This document shows, in pieces, positions 13,541-26,078 of a stretch of 64,000 nucleotides of DNA (the stretch's first letter is position 1; each line of letters opens with the position of its first letter). The notes under the pieces are model-generated. The model did no database searches, was not told the DNA's origin, and saw nothing but the letters and a program-made list of their open reading frames with translations. Origin of the DNA: Eledone cirrhosa. Lineage: Eukaryota. The position numbers and the translations under genes were made by a program. The stretch is taken from the NCBI GenBank assembly GCA_964016885.1, contig OZ024741.1, forward strand, positions 325,810,001 through 325,874,000, read 5' to 3'.

Positions 13541-13608
<68 letters not shown>

Positions 13609-14951
13609 AGTATGCACACGTACACATATGTATATATACACACATATATACATATACTTATGTAAGTATGAGTTATATCGAACATTAATAATAATGTTCG
13701 ATTCGTTTGTAAACAAACGGCCCGATTTGAAAATCTGCCGTGCCGGTGACCAATTGTCACCCGTTTGTTCAACACTGGCTTTGAGGAACAATCAACATGT
13801 TTCTGGGATGAAGGCATCAGTACTCTATACCTCTGTCAGCCTGTTGAACGGTTGAATATAAATAGTATTTCTTAAGTACACGTCTGCTGTATTTAATATG
13901 CTTCCATATAAGCCTCTTTATATATGAATGGAATGGGATTGATGACTGTAACTCTACGATTCCATCTAAAGTTAACGGCCTATGGCATGGTATAGCAACC
14001 CTGATGCGCAAAGTTTCTAATATACGGATTATATACTGGTTGCTGTGATTAGAGTTTCGTCGGATATTATTAGAAAGTTTGGAATAGCCGATCCTTCATT
14101 ATTATGTGTTATAAAACTTATATTTTCTCTCAGATCATGCCTCCAAATGTGTTCACCCCCCCCCCATATATATATATAAAGAGGGAGAGACCAGAACTGC
14201 ATCGAACAGAGTGGCTCATATGACTGTTCCACGCATGCGCAATCCAGACACTTCGACCAGTTAAGGAAGAACGCATAGTTCGTCTTGGTGTTGCATTTGA
14301 AAAGGGTGTGTTAACCCTGAAATATTGTGTTAAAATATACTGGGTAAAGAGCATTAGTTTTCTCTGTTTTATTTATCATCCTTTTCTCAGTGTAACGGCT
14401 TTCTGAAATACTTATCAGTCCTTCATTATGTACGTACGTGCGTGCGTGCGCGCGAGCGTGTGCGTGTGTGTGTGTGTGTGTGGAGGGGAGGGGGGGGGGT
14501 CGATAGAGTGAACAAGTTAAAGCAGAACTAGTTTATTATGAATGCTACATTCAAAAGATACGCTATCTTAGGTTTCATGGCTTAGCTCTGTTTGCAAATT
14601 ACAGTCTGCAATACCCTGTCTTTCTTCGATGCGTCAAATTGAAAATATTTGAACTAGACATTTCAAATTTGACGCCTAGAGGTAGGCTATTACAGACTGC
14701 AATATTTCCATCGTAGGTTCATTATATATATATATATAGAGAGAGAGAGGCTGCGTGAAAAGAGAGTGAGACGAAAATTCAGAGAATTTTGAATGTCATT
14801 TGCCTGTAATATTTTGAAATTATTAAATTTATGTAAACAATGTTTAAAATATCTCGCTTCCTGATAAACTCCTGAAAGGATGAAAACAATGATTCTATGC
14901 TTAAAGTTATAATTTAATCAAATAAATAAATGATGAGAATTGTTTAAAGAC

Positions 14952-15043
<92 letters not shown>

Positions 15044-15045
<2 letters not shown>

Positions 15046-15911
15046 TTACTTCCTCCCGTTCGTTAGTAGTGGGGTTCTTTCTTTCTCACATCTCATTCAC
15101 GTCGAACGGTCTGAAATTCACCCTGCTTATGCTGATCGGATAACCATCATGTTGCTTGCCTTTTTCCTACCTTCGGTTTGCTTTTCCTTCTTGTTGTTTA
15201 CTTGTCTCACTCGCTTTACGCGATTCACTTGTCCCAATAGCTTATTTTAGTTATTGCTCGCACCAACCTGAGGTATATGATTTTTAATGCGAGAAATACC
15301 AATGATGGTTGGCAAATCACTGATGAGGGACTAATTTTATAATATGTAACACATGTGCAACCATGCAGTTTTCCTCTTTCTTCCCATGTTTTTTATACAT
15401 ATTTACCTCGACTGCGATTGTCTGTTTCTCTCTTTCTGCTCCCCCGTTCTCTCTGTTTCTCTCACATTCTTTCGCCCCCTCTGTCAGTTACACTTTCTCT
15501 CGACTGACCTCTTCCTCGCACTTCCACTCACTCACTCTCTGTTTCTCCCCTTCTCACTTCCTCCCGTTCGTTAGTAGTGGGATTCTTTCTTTCTCACATC
15601 TCATTCAAGTCGAACGGTCTGTTTTCTGACCGCTCATGAAATCCACCCAGATTATGCTGATCGGATAACCATCATGTTGCTTGCTTTTTTCCTACCTTCG
15701 GTTTGCTTTTCTTTCTTGTTGTTTACTTGTCTCACTCGCTTTACGCGATTCACTTGTCCTAATAGCTTATTTTAGTTATTGCTCCCACCAAGCTGAGGTA
15801 TATGATTTTTAATGCGATGAAATACCAATGATGGTTGGCAAATCACTGATGAGGGACTAATTTTATAATATGTAACCCATGTGCAACCATGCAGTTTTCC
15901 TCTTTCTTCCC

Positions 15912-15917
<6 letters not shown>
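15044..15917. repeat. Partial tandem duplication (~510-bp period) between (TA)n arrays, pLTR-like
   Basis: 15044-15395 is repeated at ~15556-15917. Each copy has CTGATGAG (15320, 15846), but I find no convincing GAAA/stem III partner. Confidence 0.6.
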
Positions 15918-15993
<76 letters not shown>

Positions 15994-16152
15994 TAAAAGG
16001 AAAAGAAAATGCTGACAAATTTTTCCCAGTGAAAAATAGTTTAATTAGGAATAAGTATTGGTTAGTATTCAGTTTTAGTTTTAAGTTTTTACCGGTTGCG
16101 CGTTTCTAATACTTTTCAAAAATAATTTTGAGATAGAGCGCCCGTGATGTTT

Positions 16153-16264
<112 letters not shown>

Positions 16265-17126
16265 TCTTTCAACAAATCTCAGGATTTATCGAAGCGTTTA
16301 GATGAATTGATATTTATGTTGATCGTGATCACAAAATTGCTGCAATGATGATAGTGTTAGAAAATCGGGTAAAATATCCTTAGGTAAGTGGACAGCAGCT
16401 TCTATAGAGAATCTACCTCTGTATCTCTTGATTTCCGGCTAAGAGCGTTACCTTTTTTGCTAAATGACAGCGGGCAACGATATCTGTCCAAATCAGGAAC
16501 TATATATAAGAGATTTAGCAGCTTTGTGCATATATATTTAGATAGAAGTCTAAAGTCTGTCTTAAGCCAGAAGGCTCATTTGGCCGGTGTCTATCCCGGT
16601 CTAATGGCGTGAAGTGACTGAGAGTACAAGACTCCCCCCTGGACAGGACGCCAGTCCATCGCAGGATTAAACACCAGCTATTGCTGGTACTCATTTTCAG
16701 CTGAGTATACTGAAGCAACGTGAAATAAAGTGTTTTGCTCAAGAACACAACATGCAACCTAGGAATCGAACCCACGACATTATGATCGTAAGTGCATCAC
16801 CCTTACCACTAGGCCACCCCTATACACACACACCCGAGCGCACACACATTAAAAAAACCTTCCTTCGGTCACAAATGACCATGGAACCATGGGATTTGCA
16901 CCTAGAATGTTTTCATCCAAGGCACAAGTATGGGCAAGCTTATTTGTGGAAGACCAGCAGTCGCCCATGCATACATGTTTCCCCTCCCCATGCCACCGAT
17001 GTTGTCGAAGGGAAAGGCAAAAACCGATACAGCTCAGAACTAGTGACACAACAGCTCATTGCTACAGCTGAGCATACTAGAGCAACGTGAAAAATAAAAG
17101 CGTCCTGTTCAAGAACACAACACATG

Positions 17127-17183
<57 letters not shown>

Positions 17184-17246
17184 CACACACACACACACAT
17201 ACATATACACACACATATATCATCACAACTCATATTTAAAAAAAAA

Positions 17247-17654
17247 TTCTGTAATAATTGTTTCTACTTTAGGCACAAGGCCAGCAATTACCCAGTGCAT
17301 TACTGGTACTTTATTTTATCGACCCCGTAAGGATGAAAGGCAAAGTCAACCTCGGCGGGATTTGAACTCAGATCGTAAAGGGACGTAACTATGCTGGAAA
17401 GCATGGCGTCCGACCCTCTACTGATACTGCCAATCCACCACAATTTCTGTAATAATTGTTTCTACTTTAGGCATAAGGCCAGCAATTACCCAGTGCATTA
17501 CTGGTACTTTATTTTATCGACCCCGTAAGGATGAAAGGCAAAGTCAACCTCGGCGGGATTTGAACTCAGATCGTAAAGGGACGTAACTATGCTGGAAAGC
17601 ATGGCGTCCGACCCTCTACTGATACTGCCAATCCACCACAATTTCTGTAATAAT
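17247..17654 (-). mobile_element. Tandem SINE dimer (198-bp period) bounded by three copies of a 12-bp TSD
   Basis: TTCTGTAATAAT at 17247, 17445 and 17643; the two SINE copies are nearly identical. Confidence 0.85.
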
Positions 17655-18249
17655 GTCTTTCTCTCAGTCCTTCTTTCCGAAAATTAAAGAAAAAGACGTA
17701 AGTTGGAAAAGACAAAAACAACATTCTATTTTCATTTCCATAACGTTATGTTAATAGCTACTTCTGCATTCAAAGATGGCGAAATTCAACCTCCCCAGGT
17801 CCGAGCACAATCAAACTCTTCCGAGAGTGAGAATGAAAGGAAGAGAGAGAGAGAGGTGCGGGGGGGGGGGGGGTTAGAGATATAGAAAGAGACTGAGGAG
17901 TGTGAGAGTGAGGAGAGTGAGAGGAGGGTAAGGAAAATATATTTCGACGAAGAATCGAATTTAGTATTAAACTGGTACCTTATTGACTGACCTTGAAAGT
18001 ATGAAAGACAAAGTAGTTGTGCTCGGCGGGATTTGAACTTAGTGCGCAGAGAAACTGTACAAACATCGCGATGCGTTTTATCTGATGTTCTAATGAATCT
18101 ACAACCACTTCGGCGTCGCCCTCCTCTCAGAATTTAGTTTTCGTGAGGAGGGGAATATCAAAATATCTGAACTTGTGCATGACAATTGCAATATTTAGTG
18201 GATAGCCAGTTGTTCTAAGTCGACGCGAGTTAGCAAACAATCAAACGTG

Positions 18250-18507
18250 TCTCTTCCGGCGAACCGGAAATCACATAAGCTATTCTAGAACTTCCGGTCA
18301 GTGTCTCAGACTAATTGTTATTGACTTAATAGCTAACATTGTCCCTTTCTATATATATTACTTCTCAAATTGGATTCTTCATTTATAAAGTAATCTTCAT
18401 TATTTTCTTACTTATTTTTATCACCGAAAAGGGATGTGATTCTTTCATCCGGTTTGTATAATCTGGTGAATATACTGAATGATGGCGCCCGAAGAAAAGA
18501 CGTAAGA
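18250..18507 (+). promoter_or_regulatory. Possible host promoter / first coding exon
   Basis: Unique sequence with three ETS-like CCGGAA motifs (18252-18298), followed by ATGATGGCGCCCGAAGAAAAGAC|GTAAGA at 18479-18507. Confidence 0.2.
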
Positions 18508-20211
18508 CGAAATAATTTGTTTCTTTTTGCATTCGAGAGAGTTCAGCACCGCACACATCCTGGTGTTGTGTCTTTGCAATTACTTATAATAATTATCATT
18601 GTGATTTCAAAACTTGCCTAGCTAGTTCCCTGTATAGAATTTATGCCATACCTATGTATATATATGTATATATCGAACCAGTAATTGATTAGTACCTCAA
18701 TTTTTTATCGACCTCGGACGGATAGAACGTAACATTTATCTCGGCCAGATTTACGCTGCGGACATTATAGGTCATAATAACTAAATTTCCTTAGGTAATT
18801 TTAAATATGTGCGTTCGAATACAAATAACTGTAATGTTTTTTGACTACTATAAATAATAGTTAACATAATCGGACAATGTACCTCTGAAGACGGTAATAT
18901 ACTAGTTAACCATTCTATAGATACAAGGTCATAAATTTTGAGTGGTGGTCGTGGAATGATTAGAAAATTTCCCTTACTCGTTGTGTAAATGTTATTTTAC
19001 CTGTTAAAGAAGAATGAAAAAGAAGTCAGTCTTGGGAGGATTTGAAATCAGAACGTAAGGACCGAAAAAATAAGACAATACCTTTAACTATTCTGTAAGT
19101 CCGCCGATAATGAAGAGAAGAAATGAAAAAAGAAATTGCAACCCACATCTATGTAGGTTTAGTTGGGCTCTTACAAGGGTAAATCTCAAACAATGTTTCT
19201 AGGGAGTTTTAATAGTAGGGTCCCAAGACCTATAAAAAGCAACGGGAAATGGAACGCTATGCCCAAGAACACAACGCGCCTCCGGTCCGGGTATCGAACT
19301 CACTACGTTATGATCCCAACACCTATGTCACACGCATTCGCAATGACGAGAATGAGGGATAGATTTAGACTGAAAACAAGTTTAAATAACTTACAATAGC
19401 CCAACTGTCACCCCAAAAGATAAAAAAGACAAAAAAAAAAATGAATTAAAATGGGTAGGACCCCCGTCGATTTCGACGATGAGTGCACTAGATGTTCAGA
19501 CAACGAAATGGCCTGCTCATGAAATTAGCGCGCATTTGTCTGAGCATTCCCCTGACATGTGCACCCCTAACGTAATACTCAAAAAGATTCAACATCACAT
19601 ACTGCGTGAGGAGAGATGCCGCGTTGAATAAACTGGAACAAGGTAAACGTGTCTTGACCAAGGTCCATATACACCTTCAGGTGTCACCCTTTGATTAAAG
19701 GGTACAATTGACTATCTGTTTGTTGAATGTGGACTGACCTACGGGAAATGAAATCTATTGCTCAAGGCCACAAGGCGCTGCCAGGGAAACATCCGATGAC
19801 AGTAGGATCGTGAGTAAGACTCCCTAACCACTACGCTAAGCAGCTTCAAATAATGGTTTCTGATTTAGGCACAAGGTTAACAACTGTTTAGTGAGGGCAA
19901 AGTCGATCCCAGTGCATTACTGTTACATTATTTTATCGACACCGTAAGGATGAAAGGCAAAGCTAATATCGGCGGGATTTGAACACAGAGGGTAAAGGGC
20001 CGTAACGCAATACCGCAAAGTATGTTGTCCGACACCCTACCAATACTATAAACCCCCCGCGCCCTATCACGCAGCTTCAAATAACAAAATAGTGGCGGGG
20101 AAAGAACAAAGAAAAAAGCGGAGGGAAGGAAAAGAGATGCATAGGAATTAATTAATCATATCGAGTATTGGAAAGTGATGAAATATAAAATATAGAAAAA
20201 AAATGGAAAAA

Positions 20212-20366
<155 letters not shown>

Positions 20367-20528
20367 ATATATATATGTATGTATATGTATATATATATAT
20401 ATATACATGTGTATATACATACGTATATATAGGCATTTGCATATACATACATATATATATGCATGTGTATATACATACATATATATATATATATTAGTCT
20501 AGTATATATATATACACACACATAGATG

Positions 20529-20563
<35 letters not shown>

Positions 20564-20791
20564 ATGCATGTGTATATATATATATATACGTGACTAAAGA
20601 TGGAAATAGAAAACACGTTGAGAAACTAATGCAACTACGTGTGTGTGTTTGAAGCTTTGCGAGTGAGTGAAGTTTGTGCATGTGTGTATGTGTATGTGTT
20701 TGTGTGTGCGACATTTGTATGCGTCATATACACGCACGTTGGTAAAAAGTACAATAAAAACACTTTATTACTCACATACGAATATATACAT

Positions 20792-20855
<64 letters not shown>

Positions 20856-20998
20856 GTGTGTGTGTGTGTGTGTGTGTATATGTATATGTATGTATGAATG
20901 TATATCTATATCATACGTCACTGAGATTCTGACGATAGAAGTGCTGAAATAAACACCAGATTGATGAGACAATTTTAATGGTGGGTACGCACACACAC

Positions 20999-21061
<63 letters not shown>

Positions 21062-21229
21062 CACCTACATATGTATATATGTATATATATTTATATATAT
21101 ATGTATATAAATATGTATATTTATATGTATATAAATATGTATATATATGTATATATATATATGTATATATATATGTATATATATGTATATATATATATAT
21201 ATACATGTACACACACACACACACACACA

Positions 21230-21320
<91 letters not shown>

Positions 21321-21569
21321 TTATATATGTACATACATATATATATTATAGTAATATTTTCCTCTCGATAATAAAAGTATATTTACAGAAGCCGTTGCAA
21401 ACGTCCTTGGTTAAAAGAAGACAAGACACCAACTTAATGATGTCCCAGAAATGATTTATAACTCAATGAAACAATGAGCAAAAAGAAAAAAATATAAGAA
21501 AACACAGCATTCCATGATTTTATTCTTTAACTATATATATAATCATAAGAAATAATAAACTTCATTTGT

Positions 21570-21603
<34 letters not shown>

Positions 21604-21645
21604 GTATATATGCATATGTGTATATATATATTTATGTATATATAT

Positions 21646-21724
<79 letters not shown>

Positions 21725-22812
21725 TATATATATATATACACATATACATATATATATATACATAAATATATATACATATACACATATATATATATACATA
21801 TACATATATACATATATATGTATATACATATATATATGTATATACATATATATACGTATATACATATATAGATACATATATATATATATGTATATACATA
21901 TATATATATATATATGTGTGTGTATAAATATATATACATAAAAATACACACACAGAAACATACACGCACACGCACAAGCAAATATACACTCACGCACGCT
22001 CACTCACACACATAAATAAATATATATATATATAAAGTGCATATCATGATCAAGAGCGCAGAAAAATGAAAGATCTTATAGTAGATTTGAATAGTCAAAG
22101 CATCTTCCAACACTCTCATAGAAGTCCATAAAAAGATAAACAAAGACAAAGGCTAAACAACGAATAAAAGTGTACAAAGGAGGATTGAATACAGCAAAAG
22201 TTTCTCTGTTGATCAATTACATCTGAGATTCTCAGATAAATATACAAAATAAATTATAGCTTGAAATGGTGGGATAGAAAAATAAACCCGCAGGAAAATG
22301 TCAAGAAATGACTTAACAAATGCGAGAGGAGATGCCATAAAAATTTAACTGACAAACAGAAGTAGATCAATTTACTTTCAATCAGAGAAGAAATAATCCA
22401 GAACAGAACAATGGACGATCCTATTATTTGTGTGTTGGATCTTCGTCAGTTCATGCGACGATGTGTCTTTCCAGTTGATACGATCAAAGGAATAGGCTGC
22501 TCGTGAAATTAACTTGAATGTGGCTGAGCATTCCACAGGAATGCAGATACAACCTTCGGTGATTTAAAATCCAAAGTCTGTTATATATAATATATACATG
22601 ATTCCGGACCCCGACGGCTGAGCTCCGGCTATTTAGACAGCTAGATTCGAATGTTCGGATCTAGCTGTTGAAACGGCCGGAGCTCAGCTGCCGGCGGGGT
22701 CCTGAATCTTTTTATATTACACACTCTATTACCCCAAGTATCGAGTACTCTGGTGGGTTATGATCCACCCGGTATTTTACCACACCCTATCTGATATATA
22801 TATATATACACT

Positions 22813-22850
<38 letters not shown>

Positions 22851-23909
22851 TCATATATATATAGGCATACGAGATATCGTTTTCGGTTTCTCTAGTTCAG
22901 AGTTAGAGAACCCTTTATCGAGGACTATTTCTGTATACATGTCTATGAGAAGAAATAATCCAGAACACAGCAATGGAGGATTTTATGACTTATGTGTGTT
23001 GGATTTCCGTCGTTTTCGGCGAAGATCAGTGTTCTAGTTGATACGATAAGCAGAATAGGCTGCTCGTAAAATTAAAATGAAAATGTATGAGCAGTCATTC
23101 CAAAGGCATGTCTACCATTAGCGTAGTTTCTCAGGGAGATTCAGCGTGACACAAAGTGTATCAAGTTTGGCTCATGGAAATCTAGATACAACTCATTTTT
23201 TTTCCAGCTGGGTGAACTGGAGCAAAGTAAAGGGTCTTGCTCAAGGACACAAGGTTTCACCCGAGTCGAACTCATGGCATAAAGGTTGTGAGCGGAACAC
23301 ACTAAACACAAAAAACACGTGAGTCCAAATCGGGAAACCCTAATAAAACAATCAATACCAACATCACTAAAAAAGAAAATAATTGTTTCTACTTTAGGCA
23401 CAAGGCCAGCAATTACCCAGTACATTACTGGTACTTTATTTTATCGACTAAAAAAGAAAATAATGTGCCTGAAACAATGACGCTAAATAGAAACTTCAAA
23501 CAAATCTGAAATCAAAACTGTATAAATGGTGGTGATGGATCCGCCGTCGGTTGCGAGGTGATCAGAATACAGGGAATAAAAACTATAAGTTAAAAACACC
23601 GATAAAATATACAGGTAAATACGCACCTAACTCTGCAGGGCATTCACTAACTTATAAAGGATGAAAGATGCTCCGTCGGTTTCAAAATCAATCACTAGAA
23701 TTTGGGATAAAAAGAGTGATAAATAAAGACCTTAACAAGGGAAGATAAGTAATTACTATAGTGCTTTCACACGCATACACATATACAACAAAGGGAGGCA
23801 ACACTGGCTAATGTAGTCCAGCACTGGCATAAAGAAAAAAGATGAGCCCGATGCTAATCATTGCCGTATGAATGGAATTTGGTAGAGAGAAGCTGCAGAA
23901 GCTCGTTGC

Positions 23910-23978
<69 letters not shown>

Positions 23979-24062
23979 CCCCCTTTGTATTTGTCCCCTT
24001 CTTTTGTGCCCCTGTGGCTAATAAAGAAATATATCTATCTATCTATCTATCTATCTATCTCT
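23910..24062. repeat. (TATC)n microsatellite containing a ~55-bp Tx1 3'-end fragment
   Basis: 23976-24037 is identical to 28506-28567. Confidence 0.9.
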
Positions 24063-24279
24063 CTTTACGATGGACACATGTGCTGAGCTCGCTCGGTAAG
24101 TTTCATTTAAATTCATCCGGAAATTGTGAACTGTAAACTTTCATTTTTGTACCATTTTGTAGAGAGACTGCCAGGTCAAACTTTGATCTGGCCAGTCTCT
24201 CAAAATATTCTACGCCTTTAGGCGAAATAGTTAAACAAAAAAAAAGTTTTTTCTTGTTGAAAAGTTAATATTTTTTAAA

Positions 24280-26013
24280 ATGGCTGAAGCTTCTTCACCA
24301 AAATTCGAAGGAGGAAAGGGGAAGATAAACTTACAGCTTCCCCTGCCACTGTCACAGTAGCAGAGGTCAAGAAGAAAGGTCAGCCAGAGGAAGGATGTTC
24401 TCCACCTGTTAACCGACAACTTGACGTTACCATGGCAACAACCCGAAGAACCAGCGGCACCAGCAACAGCAACAACAACAACAATGCGACGGACGAAAAC
24501 AACACCAATAACAATAACAACAACAACAAGACCAATAACTGCGACAACAACAACAATGATAACAACAACACCACCAACGACAACACCAACACAAACAAAA
24601 AAAATTCTCCTTCGCCGAGACGACAAGGAAAACCCTCGACTATCTGCCAGTAGATATAACAAAAGCGAAGGAGCTACTGGCAGATGCCAAAAAATATATA
24701 GTGTACGGGGAAAATGGTTCATTCACAATCCATTCCCCGCGGAACTAAAAAGCCAGAGACTCCTAAACACGGTCATGTTTAGGACAATCACGAATAAAAG
24801 TAAAAAACCAGCTCAACCATCACAGAGTGAGATAGAGCTGGTTTTAAAAGACGTCATGAAGGACATCACCTTCATTCAGAAGGATAGACTCTATGGGAGT
24901 CTATCCATTCTCATGAAGGACAGGGACACAGCAGTGAAACTGTCCATCAAACTAATCGCATCCACGGCATACACCTTCTACCCTACGTACATGGGTAGAA
25001 GAACACAAAAAATAAAAATCCACACCATCCTGCCGATTATGGACATATGGTGGGTTTTGACAGGTTTCCTAGACCTAGAGGATGACATGCTGGTGTCCAT
25101 GGGAAAGGCATCGGGTGACGCGTTCAGTGGAACGAGCCTCGAACTTGTAGTTCAAATGAGGCCCGAAAGGATCGCCCAGATCCCTGAACGCGTCATACTG
25201 GATGATCTAACCTTCATCAACATTACCGTTGAGGGTAGGCGGCCCTCGTGTTACTTCTGCGGAACCAGAGGTCACCTGAGGGCTGTCTGTCCCCAACTTA
25301 ATAAGAAAACCCCAATCCTGCCTACACCACCAACAACTGCACAACCAATACAATCACCACAACCACCACTACAAAAACAACCACCACAGCTCAAACCAAA
25401 ACAAAACAATGTCCAACCCATCCCCTCCACTCAAAAAACAAAAACAATTTCCAAAACACCCGCACCGCAAACACAACCCGAAAATATACCCCTCCCCTCC
25501 AACGCTGAAGATGACCCTAGTTCGTCGTCAGACGAGGAGGAGCACTTCCACACAATCAAAAGAAAAAAAAGAAAACACACCTCAAACACACAAATGAAAA
25601 CAACCCCTCCCCAAAACATAACACTGACACCAACACAAAAGAGCTCACAACAACAGCAAACAAAAAATACCACACAAAAACAAAAACATGCATACACATA
25701 CATAAACACAAGAAACAAAAAACTGTTAAACATTGTGTACAACAACAATCTAATAAAAACCCAAGGGCCTAACTTCACCCAGGCAGGGGATTTCCCCCAC
25801 CTCAAAATGATTAAGGCCCCACAGGACACCTATAAAACTTTAAAAAACAATTTTAAAGAGGACGTGGGTCCTCCCTGCGTCGGGCCCATTAACCGCGTCC
25901 TCCTAAAAAACTACCCCACCTCCTCCCCAAACACCCACACAACTCCAAACTCCCCAACCACACAACACACTTCCACCCCCCCCCCCCACCCAACAACCCA
26001 TCCCCCACCCTAA
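24280..26013 (+). pseudogene. Tx1 ORF1 (gag-like, CX2CX4HX4C knuckle)
   Basis: Track ORF 24421-26013 contains CYFCGTRGHLRAVC. An in-frame ATG at 24280 is cut off by TAG at 24358. The true C-terminus is probably MEIVQPDTRDAER* (26013-26054), reached after a slip in the poly-C run. Confidence 0.8.
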
Positions 26014-26078
26014 TGGAAATTGTGCAGCCCGATACCCGGGACGCAGAGAGGTAAGTGCCTTTTCTCTTCACCACCAAC

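Noticed and set aside
16282-16389. Exon-like segment CAG|...|GTAAGT
   Set aside because: Stop codons in all three frames and no other support.
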